64,000 bases of DNA. Origin: Candidatus Kapaibacterium sp. (GTDB lineage: Bacteria; Bacteroidota; Ignavibacteria; Kapaibacteriales; UBA7675). The DNA lies in the NCBI GenBank assembly GCA_028284775.1, contig JANQRB010000176.1, positions 2,922 to 66,921 on the forward strand, written 5' to 3'. The position numbers were made by a program, and so were the translations under genes. Below, one piece after another: positions 8,723-17,560 of the stretch. The first letter of the stretch is position 1. Every line of letters starts with the position of its first letter. The notes under the pieces were generated by a model. It worked only from the letters and a program-made list of their open reading frames with translations, was not told where the DNA came from and searched no databases.

Positions 8723-10285
8723 TTAATCATACGCGACAACAGCTTCGGCTATTCGTTCGGCTACCGCGGAAATCGTCATTACGGGATGAAAGCCGATTGA
8801 ACTCGGAATCACCGAGCCATCCGCGACAAACAAGCCCGGATAGCCGTGTACTTCGCCGTCGAGCGAGACCACTCCCCTGTCGGGCGACTCGCTCAGGTGG
8901 CAGCCGCCCAGAGGATGAACCGTCAGGATACGCTTAAACAGATTCCATGAGGCGAGCGGCGCTACTGTTCCGCCATAGTAATCGTTAACGTCTTCCATTG
9001 CACGGGTCATTTTGTTAACCAGTTCTTCATTCTCGGCAGCATAGTTCCAATCGATGTCCAGCCCACCTTTGCCCAGACGAATCTTGCCGTTGGCATTGTC
9101 GCGACCGATGGCGAAGAGATTTGTCATCCGGGCGGGGTTGCCTGCCTTGGGTCCGGGGAAGCGCAGCGGTTTGCTTAGCAGTCCGCGCCGAAATGCCCAG
9201 ACGAGCAGGCCGCCGGTTTTAGGCCACAACCAGTCGGCGAGCAGGCGCGGCAGGCCCAGGCTACCCTGTCCCAGCGAAGCCAGCACTTCCATCGCCGCCT
9301 TGTTGAAGGTCGGCGCGGCCATCGTAAAATGCGGCGCTTCGTCGAAGTAGCGGATAACCGACGTCACGTCCGGTCCGTTCCAGGGTTCCAGTTCCTGTTG
9401 GCTGCTTTGAATCGACCCCAGGAAATCGCCATTGCCGGAGAATCCGAAGCCAAGGCGGTGACTCAGCGCGGGCAGGCTCTGAAAGCTATCCCGGCTGCTT
9501 AACAGGATCAGATTAGTCCCCAGGGTTCCGGCGGCGAGCACGACGCGGCGGCCCGCAACGCTGCAACTGTCGCCGCTAGCCAGGTCCGTATAGTGGACGC
9601 GATAGCCGTCGCCGTCCGGCTCGATGTGTGTAACATTGGACCCGCTGCGCAGTTCGGCGCCCTGTGATTCCGCCCGCGCGAGATAAGTAAAGTCGAGCGA
9701 GTTTTTAGCGCCGAAGTTACAGCCGAATTCGCACTCGGCGACATACTGGCAGGCGCGCCGGCCGGGCTGGTCGGGATCATCCCAACTCACCGCCTGATCC
9801 GGATCGAAGACAGAGCGTTTATTCTGGACGGCCGCGCTGCGATAGACATCCCGTTTATCCATGACAACATCGTCCGGGACCGGGGCGATGCCCATGGTCT
9901 CTGCGACTTTGTCGTAGTATGGATCCAGATTCCGGCGCGTGAACCAGTCCGGCCAGCGCGGATCGTCGAAAACAATCTCGTCGGGCCGAATGTGAATATT
10001 GGCGTAGACAAGCGAACCGCCGCCGACGCCGCTGGCGCTGACGACGCCGATGCCGGAAAAAAAATTCAGCTCGTAAAGGCCGCGATCCGCCGCGTGCCGT
10101 GGATATCGCCAGAACAGCTCACGCGTGGCGCGGACATCGCGCGGAAACTCGCCGGGTCGATAGCGCCGGCCGCGCTCCAGCACCAGCACCGACTTTCCGG
10201 CTTCAGCCAACCGCCGTGCATTTATTGCGCCGCCGAAGCCGGATCCAATGACGACGGCGTCGAAACGTTCGCCTTGTGCGCTCAA
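8723..10285 (-). CDS. GMC-family FAD oxidoreductase (cholesterol-oxidase-like)
   Basis: The N-terminus has the Rossmann FAD-binding motif (DAVVIGSGFGGAINARRLAEAGKSVLVLERG). The C-terminus has the GMC active-site region (HPLGGCHLS...GLFVADGSVIPSSIGFHPVMTISAVAER). The start codon overlaps the stop of the upstream gene as ATGA at 10282-10285. Confidence 0.8.
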   Translation of the reverse strand: MSAQGERFDAVVIGSGFGGAINARRLAEAGKSVLVLERGRRYRPGEFPRDVRATRELFWRYPRHAADRGLYELNFFSGIGVVSASGVGGGSLVYANIHIRPDEIVFDDPRWPDWFTRRNLDPYYDKVAETMGIAPVPDDVVMDKRDVYRSAAVQNKRSVFDPDQAVSWDDPDQPGRRACQYVAECEFGCNFGAKNSLDFTYLARAESQGAELRSGSNVTHIEPDGDGYRVHYTDLASGDSCSVAGRRVVLAAGTLGTNLILLSSRDSFQSLPALSHRLGFGFSGNGDFLGSIQSSQQELEPWNGPDVTSVIRYFDEAPHFTMAAPTFNKAAMEVLASLGQGSLGLPRLLADWLWPKTGGLLVWAFRRGLLSKPLRFPGPKAGNPARMTNLFAIGRDNANGKIRLGKGGLDIDWNYAAENEELVNKMTRAMEDVNDYYGGTVAPLASWNLFKRILTVHPLGGCHLSESPDRGVVSLDGEVHGYPGLFVADGSVIPSSIGFHPVMTISAVAERIAEAVVAYD

Positions 10286-13200
10286 TGATTCGTCTCCTCC
10301 AGGTGTTGCAGAATCGTGGGATATACGTCGCGCACAGCGTGTTTACCGAAGATGCAGTCGATATGACCGTAGGCCGGCACGACATAACGTTTATAAAGCG
10401 ATTTGCCGTTGTGTTCGCGCAGCCAATCATAGCTGCGTTGGGTGCTCGACGGCAGAAAACACTCGTTCTCGCCGCCGGAGATTATCGTCATCGGTAGTGC
10501 CAGACGTTCCACATGAGGCAAGTAATCATTTGCCCCGTCGAGGCTGCGCAGCTCGGCCTTGCGCGCCAGCAGCGCCAGATGCTGAAAGGATTCGATGTTG
10601 GCGACGCCGAACAATTCGTGCAGAGCGTCGAAGGTGGCTTGGTTTAACTGATCCAGTTCGTAGAGCGTGCCGTACAAAAAGGCGATCCTGTTGTGCACGG
10701 GATTGGCGGCGCGTTCTTCGGAGTCCATCGGCCATAGCCTGAGCGCCTTGTCGAAGAGTTTCGCTTCCCAGTCCGAGCGTTCATCCACATAGGCCGTTAA
10801 GCTGTCCACGCCGAGTTTTTCCAGTATCGACGGTACGTGCAGACCTGTTTTAAGCTTGGTTAACAAAGGCACATCAAAGTGCGCCACTACCTGTGAGCAA
10901 ACAGCGGAACGTACTCCCTGCAGCCAGCCGCCCAGCATTGACATCGTCCAGGACGTTGAGCCAAAGCAATGGACGACCATCTGGACGCTCTCGGCACCGG
11001 TCAGGGCACGAACTTTGGCGACGGCGGCCGGGTAGTCATAGCGGGCGATGTCATCGGCGGAGAACTGCGTGGCGGCGGCCGGAAGCTCGATACTGGCGCG
11101 GTAGTCGAGCAGCCAGACGTCGTAGCGATGAGCAAAAAGATACTCCAGCAGGTTGCACTCGATGGTGTCGATACTGAAAATCCGACTGGAAACGCCCAGG
11201 CCGTGCGAGAGTATTACCGGTCCCTTGTCCCCGCCCCGGTAGCGTGTCAGGCGCAGGCCGACTTTGTCTTCGGTACGCAGTTCATGAACTTCAGGCGGCG
11301 TGACGCGCAGGGGACGTTGTTTGCGCGGAGCGGCCGAGGGATCGAAGTAACGACTGCCGGCGACGATCCCGCCGTAGGTGTTAAACAGCACGCCGGCGAA
11401 GAATTCCCCGAATCGCGCCTGGTATTTCAATCGCTCGCCCAGTCCCGAGACATTAGTGACCGACAGAGTCGTCAATTGCTTGGCAAAATCCGCCGGACGA
11501 ATTTTCAGCATTCCCCGGCCGAGTATCGGGCTTTGCGCATTGGGCCCCTCGTACAGCGTTATATACAGAGTTGTCGTATCGGACCAGATGTCGAATCCTT
11601 CATCATCGTGAATGATCTTATCTCCGTGGAAAAAATACGTCGTGCCTTCTTCGCTCGTAAGCCGCATCCAGTAGCGCATCAGCCGGGTGTTAACTTCGTC
11701 CGGGTGCTTGACGAACAAGTTAAACAAACCATCGCTGACGGTCAGCGGGTCACGCGAAAGCGTCGGCGCGTCGACGGTACCGGTCATACGGGCCTGATGC
11801 TGCGGCGAATTAAGCATTTGCTCCAGATCATCGGAGATCACCGTCAGGGTAAAACTGAAGGGCGACATCTCGATCCGCCCCCGCTCATAGGCCCTAGCGA
11901 AATCTTCCTTCTCATTCGTGGAAAAGTAACCGGTCATTTTTTCGGTGAAACGAATGCCGGGTTTGGCAGCCTTCACCTGACGCGTCGGGCGCGACGGCAG
12001 GTCATAACTGATATCCCAGTTATGTTCCCGGGCAATCAGAGCGGCATTGCGTTCGGCCAGCGCCGAGATGGTGAAGAATGGATTAGTACCGACAGGCGTC
12101 GGAATGATGGCTCCATCAGCCACGTACAGGCCCTCGTGCACGGCGCTTCCCGCCTTGCCGCTGAATACCTGGCCTTTGTGATTCGTGACGCCTTCTTCCG
12201 CGGCGTCGGCGATGCAGCAGCCGCCGAGCGGATGCACGGTGATCAGATCATGTCCGAAGAGCTCGGTCCAGATCGGATTACGGATAAAGGTTCCCCCGAG
12301 GGCCTTGGTCGCTTCCTGCAAACGCGCCCGGGCCTGCTCGAAGATCGGCTCGCTGCCGACGCCGGGCCAGCTGATGCGAAGGCGATCTTCGTCGAGGTAC
12401 ATTTCACCGTCACCGCTGTCATAGGTCATTATCAGATAAATCTGCGTATTGTCCATTGCGCCGTGATACGAGCCGCGCACAAGACTTTCAAGTTCGCGTT
12501 TCTTTTCACCCAGGTAGTCGATGACGCCTTCATCCGTGTCGCGGCCCAGCAGCTTCGCCAGGGCGCTAAAAGAGAGGGGCAGGATTGCCGATAGTGCGCC
12601 GGGAAAAGAACCTTCTTCAATCGACATACCCTGGCGGTAATCCTCCGCGCTCGCACGCGTATCGATAATCCCCGTAATGCAAGGGCCAACAGGTTTTTCG
12701 GGGTCGGGAGCGCGGTTGCCCCATCCGACACCGTTGATCGGCTGGTCGCAATTATAGCCGAAGCCGAGCACATCGCCATTGCCGCTGAAGTGTTTACCGA
12801 GCTTATCCGATAGGGCCAGCCCCTCCGCCCGTGAGCGCAGCAGGATTTCGGTGCTACCCAGGGTGCCCGCGGCCAGGATCACAATATCGGCGCTGACAAA
12901 CTGCTCCGGCGCGTCGAAGGCCTCGCGACCGGCGCCCAGCAGTTCGAAGTGCACCAACCACTTGTCATCCTTCTTTTCAATGTAGCGGACCTTTGTTTCG
13001 GTAAAAATCTCCGCACCGTGATTCCAGGCGTCAGGCAGATAATTCATCTGCACGGTGTTTTTCGACGTGTGATTACAGCCCGTGACGCAATCGCCGCACA
13101 AAACACAGGGCGTTTGGCTGACACCTACGTGGTTGAGGTCTTCGTCAAATTCATCAAAAGTAACGGCAATCGGCGGCTTGTAAAACTTCTCATACATGTA

Positions 13201-13701
13201 TTTGCCGGACTCGGCATGGGCAGCTGTTTTGCGCAGCTCCGGGAAGTTGTCGGGATAGGGATTCGGACGCAGCATAGCGCACGCGCGATCATAGCCCTGT
13301 TTAAGTCCGTCAGCAAGATCGTCCCGGATTGCCTGCGGCCAGCGCGGATCGTTAAAGACCCGCGGGTCGGGCTCCAGCGCTACATTGGCATTGATCAGCG
13401 AGGTACCGCCCAGGCCGCAGCCCACCAGAACGTTAATTTCGGAATTGACGTGAAAATTAAACAAGCCGGTGTCGGAGCCGATCTTGCCGGCGGCGGTGTC
13501 GAACTGCATTTCTTCATTGGCCTCGAGCAGGGTATCCGGAAACTCGCCCGGCAGTATCTCCTTCCCGCGTTCCAGCACGCAAACCTTCTGGCCGGCCCGC
13601 GCCATCCGCGATGCGGAGATTCCGCCTCCATAGCCCGATCCGATGACAACCACCGTATAGTGTTCTTTGATTGTAGCGATAGGTGATGCAAGTCGTCGCA
13701 T
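10282..13701 (-). CDS. Fusion protein: N-terminal GMC (cholesterol-oxidase-like) FAD oxidoreductase + C-terminal alpha/beta hydrolase domain (1,139 aa)
   Basis: Residues 1-~570 carry the FAD motif (VVVIGSGYGGGISASRMARAGQKVCVLERG) and the GMC C-terminal block (HPLGGCCIA...GLYVADGAIIPTPVGTNPFFTISALAER). The C-terminal third has alpha/beta hydrolase features (HGLGVSS..., nucleophile elbow HCFGSTS, late His in PAYGHIDCIFG). Confidence 0.8.
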   Translation of the reverse strand: MRRLASPIATIKEHYTVVVIGSGYGGGISASRMARAGQKVCVLERGKEILPGEFPDTLLEANEEMQFDTAAGKIGSDTGLFNFHVNSEINVLVGCGLGGTSLINANVALEPDPRVFNDPRWPQAIRDDLADGLKQGYDRACAMLRPNPYPDNFPELRKTAAHAESGKYMYEKFYKPPIAVTFDEFDEDLNHVGVSQTPCVLCGDCVTGCNHTSKNTVQMNYLPDAWNHGAEIFTETKVRYIEKKDDKWLVHFELLGAGREAFDAPEQFVSADIVILAAGTLGSTEILLRSRAEGLALSDKLGKHFSGNGDVLGFGYNCDQPINGVGWGNRAPDPEKPVGPCITGIIDTRASAEDYRQGMSIEEGSFPGALSAILPLSFSALAKLLGRDTDEGVIDYLGEKKRELESLVRGSYHGAMDNTQIYLIMTYDSGDGEMYLDEDRLRISWPGVGSEPIFEQARARLQEATKALGGTFIRNPIWTELFGHDLITVHPLGGCCIADAAEEGVTNHKGQVFSGKAGSAVHEGLYVADGAIIPTPVGTNPFFTISALAERNAALIAREHNWDISYDLPSRPTRQVKAAKPGIRFTEKMTGYFSTNEKEDFARAYERGRIEMSPFSFTLTVISDDLEQMLNSPQHQARMTGTVDAPTLSRDPLTVSDGLFNLFVKHPDEVNTRLMRYWMRLTSEEGTTYFFHGDKIIHDDEGFDIWSDTTTLYITLYEGPNAQSPILGRGMLKIRPADFAKQLTTLSVTNVSGLGERLKYQARFGEFFAGVLFNTYGGIVAGSRYFDPSAAPRKQRPLRVTPPEVHELRTEDKVGLRLTRYRGGDKGPVILSHGLGVSSRIFSIDTIECNLLEYLFAHRYDVWLLDYRASIELPAAATQFSADDIARYDYPAAVAKVRALTGAESVQMVVHCFGSTSWTMSMLGGWLQGVRSAVCSQVVAHFDVPLLTKLKTGLHVPSILEKLGVDSLTAYVDERSDWEAKLFDKALRLWPMDSEERAANPVHNRIAFLYGTLYELDQLNQATFDALHELFGVANIESFQHLALLARKAELRSLDGANDYLPHVERLALPMTIISGGENECFLPSSTQRSYDWLREHNGKSLYKRYVVPAYGHIDCIFGKHAVRDVYPTILQHLEETNH

Positions 13702-14193
13702 TGATTGTTGTCTCCTTTGTCCATGTAAACTTTAGCCTCGACGCGGCCACAGTGATTAGGGGCTTTGTAATTTGCCGTTTTTCAGCCTCAGCCAAAACCT
13801 GCCGGCACAGCGTCGCGCATAAGCCGCCTTTGCGTTACCGTTTCGTAACAAGGGCCGAAACGCCGAAACAATTCACCGCCCATCTCGCGGCATTTGCCAA
13901 CGGTCAATCTTCGGGTCGGGCGATGTCAATTGCCACAGGGACGGTCTGAGTAGTCGGCAGATGGGACTGCCGTTTTAGCGATCGCGCATAATAACAGACC
14001 GTACACTAAATCACAAATTTCGAGGCGAATAGACAGCTCTTCGGCCGGGAGCATGTGTGGCTTTTTTAGCGATCATGAGTTTTCGCAAAGACAAACAACG
14101 CGTGCCCTCAGCGCGCGCAAAGCAAAGTCGGCAATGTCCTCGAGATCCGGCGCTGCGATTTATTATGCTCTCAACTCTTTGCGCTGAGGCCCC

Positions 14194-14748
14194 TCATTGT
14201 CTTGATCCGGCGGCCGAATTGCGCCCGGCCGACTTATGAATATCATCGATGATCAACAGATGGTGAGCTGTGTGAATCCGCGCAAAACGCAGCCATTGAC
14301 GGCCATCGAGCTGACCGAAAATATAATGCTTATGACGGCCCGGGCTTTGCGCCAAATCCTGCAGCAGCGCTTCCAGCGATTGAACAGTCTGATAACTTTG
14401 TTGCCATTCATCTGCCAAAAAATCTCGGTCGACACGCTCCGGCGGACGCAGACGGATATCGGCCCTGGCCCGGCGGCGCGGAATGCGGCCATACAACAGC
14501 AACATGCTGCCGAGAAAGGTGGCCCGCCCTCCGGAGTTTTCGCTATCTCCGGCCGCAAGCTTTGTGATGATTTCGACAATCGTTTCGTTGGTTTTGGCGA
14601 TATGTATCAGATGCTGGGCCGGCGACCATGCCGAACAGTCGGGAGCAGCTTCCGACAGCTGCGCATCCGGCCACTGCAGCATAGCGTCGGCGTCCCGGTA
14701 CAAGCCAAGCAGTGCCTGATAACTCTTCCCGGCGTTAAATGCGAACAT
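14194..14748 (-). CDS. DinB/YfiT-like (DinB_2 / DUF1569-type) four-helix-bundle protein
   Basis: The 184-aa ORF has His-containing motifs spaced as in the DinB_2 family (WSPAQHLIHIAKTNE...ARIHTAHHLLIIDDI). I recognise no other domain. Confidence 0.5.
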   Translation of the reverse strand: MFAFNAGKSYQALLGLYRDADAMLQWPDAQLSEAAPDCSAWSPAQHLIHIAKTNETIVEIITKLAAGDSENSGGRATFLGSMLLLYGRIPRRRARADIRLRPPERVDRDFLADEWQQSYQTVQSLEALLQDLAQSPGRHKHYIFGQLDGRQWLRFARIHTAHHLLIIDDIHKSAGRNSAAGSRQ

Positions 14749-14840
14749 AAGGATTAGCCCGTAGGATATTGATGAGCATATTTCATCGGTCTTCAGGTGT
14801 TGATCTGTAGACGGGCTGTCATGAAACGCGGCTAAGATAC

Positions 14841-14876
14841 AAAAAAGCGCCGATCCCTTTCAGCAAAGATCAGCGC
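14841..14876 (-). terminator. Rho-independent terminator candidate downstream of the tail-specific protease gene
   Basis: The minus strand reads GCGCTGATC-(12 nt loop)-GATCGGCGC followed by TTTTTT. The stem is imperfect (9 bp, one mismatch). It lies about 90 nt 3' of the prc-like stop. Confidence 0.5.
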
Positions 14877-14967
14877 TTTCAGATTGTCGATCCGGCCGGA
14901 TTCCGCTCCAAGCTCGCCGCGTGGAGCCAGCCGCCCTTCATCACGCTGCGAAGGGCCGGCTTATCAA

Positions 14968-17079
14968 TCAGGAAGTTATCATGTCATGCAGTATGAAGAC
15001 GGCCTCCTGAATGAACACGTCTTTGCGAATTTGTTTATACCATTTGCCGGCTTCTTTTTTCTTGTCCTCATCGCTGTCGATGCGTTCCTTATCGGCCTTC
15101 AGGGTATAAACGGTCAGATCAGGATGCTCGCGGTCGATTTCTTTATACTGCTTGGACTGCTCTTTGAATTCTTCTTCTTCGCGCTGTACCGTCGCCGCGT
15201 TGAGGCTCTGCCGCGTCTGGTCGCGGCGTTTCTTCAGTCGGTCGATATTCTCGTGTAGCAGAGCAAAGGTTTCGTTTTGCTCGACTCGTTCAGCGCTTTT
15301 GCTGCGCAGATCATTCACATAATAAGTAGCGCCCTGCCAGCGACGATAGGATAAGGCATCGGTGGCGCGCCAGGGCAGGGCATGGTCCAGCGAACGCTCG
15401 CCGATCTCGATATAACTGTAGGGATCGGGCAGCAGGACGTCGGGCGTTACGCCTTTGAACTGCGTGGACTCGCCATTGATCCGGTAGAATTGCTGAATCG
15501 TCAGTTTCAGCGAGCCGAAGGGCTGGTCCGACGTTAACTCGGCCGGAATGAATCGATTCATATCGGCAAAGGTCTGCACCGTTCCCTTCCCGAAAGTCGG
15601 CGAGGTGCCGACAATAACGGCCCGGCCGTAATCCTTGAGAGCGCCGGCAACGATTTCAGAGGCCGATGCGCTGTAGGTATTCACCAGCACGACCAGCGGT
15701 CCGTCATAGGTAACGCCCGGATTTTCATCGGTCAGGACGCGCGGCCGTTTCTCCTTGCCGCGCACCTGTACAATCGGTCCGGTCTCGATAAACAGCCCGG
15801 CCATCTTGACCGCGTCCTGCAAAGCGCCGCCGCCGTTATTGCGCAGGTCGAGAATCACGCCGTTCACTTTGTCGCGACGAAGCTTCATAAGTTCGCGCCG
15901 CACGTCTTCGGATGATGTCCGCCCACCTTCGTTGCGGAAATCGGAGTAGAACTTCGGCAGGTAGATATAGCCGATCTTTTCTTCATTTTTGTTTTCGATG
16001 ATGGCGGACTTCGCGTAGGTTTCTTCCAGCACGACCACATCGCGGATGATGGGCACAACAATAATGTCGCCGGCGGGTTTTTTCACGGTCAGACGCACCT
16101 CGGAGCCTTTCGGCCCGCGAATCAGCCGCACGGCATCGTCGATGTCGACATCGACAACGTCTTCCGGCTCGGCATCGCCCTGCGCAACTTTCAGTATGAT
16201 ATCTTCCGCTTCCAGATCGCCCTGCCGCCAGGAAGCGCTGCCCGGCACGATGCGTGTCACCTTAATATAGCCGTTGTCGTCCATCAGTTGCGCGCCGATA
16301 CCTTCCAGCTTGCCGGTCATTGAGATATCAAAATTATCTTTTTCGGCCGGCGGGAAGTATTCCGTGTGAGGACCATAAGCGCGCGCCATGGCGTTAACAT
16401 AAGCGGCGAAGCGGTCGTCTTCGTCTTCATTGCCGACATTGTGAAAAAAGCGCTCCATATTTTCGGCCACTTTGGCGCGGGCGCTTGCCTCAAACTCCGC
16501 CTCAGTTTTCACTTCGACTTCCTCGCCGCTCTCGGCGGCATCCCGGAGCTTGTCCTCCCGCTTGTCGATCATGTTCAGATAGCGATTCAAGGCCGAATAC
16601 TTCAGCACCTTGCGCCAGCGATCTTTGAGCTCGGCCGAACTTTGACAGTATGGGCGCTTGTCGCGGTCGGTTTCCAGGTACTCATCGACGGTGAAATCAA
16701 AGGGAGCGGCCAGAATCTCATCGACGTAAGCCTTAACTTCAGTCCGGCGCTTCGCCACAATCGCCGTCGCGCGCTCATAGAGATTGAAGGTGCCGGCCTG
16801 CAATTCATCATCGATCGTTAAGCGGAACTGGCTGAGGGCGTCAATGTCGCTCTGCAGCAGGAAACGCTTCTGGTAATCGAGACGGTCGACATAAAGGTCG
16901 TAAGCACGTTCGGAGAGTTTATCGTCGAGAGGCAGGGGGTGATAATGACCTGAGTTGAGTACCTGAATCAGGGCCTTGCTCAGTATTGTTTCCTTGTCGA
17001 TGTCCGCGCCGACGAGCGTGTAGCCGGCGATACCCAGCACAAGCAGCGGCAAGACCAGCGTCAAAGTCCATTTCTTCAT
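14968..17079 (-). CDS. prc: Tail-specific (C-terminal processing) protease, S41 family, Prc-like
   Basis: The 703-aa protein has a signal peptide (MKKWTLTLVLPLLVLGIAG). A PDZ region is present. The S41 catalytic core is recognisable (GYIYLPKFY...LDLRNNGGG...LVVLVNTYSASASEIVAGALKDYGRAVIVGTSPTFGKGTVQ). The long N- and C-terminal extensions are typical of Prc. Confidence 0.85.
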   Translation of the reverse strand: MKKWTLTLVLPLLVLGIAGYTLVGADIDKETILSKALIQVLNSGHYHPLPLDDKLSERAYDLYVDRLDYQKRFLLQSDIDALSQFRLTIDDELQAGTFNLYERATAIVAKRRTEVKAYVDEILAAPFDFTVDEYLETDRDKRPYCQSSAELKDRWRKVLKYSALNRYLNMIDKREDKLRDAAESGEEVEVKTEAEFEASARAKVAENMERFFHNVGNEDEDDRFAAYVNAMARAYGPHTEYFPPAEKDNFDISMTGKLEGIGAQLMDDNGYIKVTRIVPGSASWRQGDLEAEDIILKVAQGDAEPEDVVDVDIDDAVRLIRGPKGSEVRLTVKKPAGDIIVVPIIRDVVVLEETYAKSAIIENKNEEKIGYIYLPKFYSDFRNEGGRTSSEDVRRELMKLRRDKVNGVILDLRNNGGGALQDAVKMAGLFIETGPIVQVRGKEKRPRVLTDENPGVTYDGPLVVLVNTYSASASEIVAGALKDYGRAVIVGTSPTFGKGTVQTFADMNRFIPAELTSDQPFGSLKLTIQQFYRINGESTQFKGVTPDVLLPDPYSYIEIGERSLDHALPWRATDALSYRRWQGATYYVNDLRSKSAERVEQNETFALLHENIDRLKKRRDQTRQSLNAATVQREEEEFKEQSKQYKEIDREHPDLTVYTLKADKERIDSDEDKKKEAGKWYKQIRKDVFIQEAVFILHDMITS

Positions 17080-17560
17080 TCATCAATCCAAATAAATTAG
17101 CGTTCGGTATCTCAAACCCATTCCGGCTTGTATCGCTCGCACCGACAGCGCCGGGCATTAGCAACTAATTTCTCATTCTTTAGCCAGCTTTGCAAACAGG
17201 CAAACGATTTTAGTATTCGCCTGGTTTCCGTGAACAAAAAAAGAAACACGGTCTACGGCGCGATAGCCGATAAATCGGCTTGGTCCAAACGTGATGCACG
17301 CTGTTTACGACCTGAGATCAAAAATGTTGTGGTATGAGATTGGGCTTGCGTGCGAAGAGAAATTGCCGGTGCTACTTGGTGTCAATGACCGGAAAATTTT
17401 TCGCACATTCAACAGAAATTCTTTTGCACCCTGTTTTAGCCGTCGCTGTAATGGAACTTGCCAGGTATTCAATGAGTCAATATTTCAAAAATACAGACAC
17501 AATGTTATATTAAAAATTCAGCATACATACGTAGTTAAGCTCACTTGGAGGACTGTTCGT

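Noticed and set aside
10969-12594. 541-aa plus-strand ORF
   Set aside because: It is entirely antisense to the GMC-fusion gene. The translation is Arg/Gly/Ala-rich with no motifs. This is a typical shadow ORF in GC-rich coding DNA.
17291-17560. 5' extension of the SIR2-TPR ORF (tracked ORF starts at ATG 17291)
   Set aside because: The extension is AT-rich, and its Cys/Arg/Phe-rich translation has no domain character. A strong GGAGG sits 9 nt before in-frame GTG 17561. The gene most plausibly starts there.
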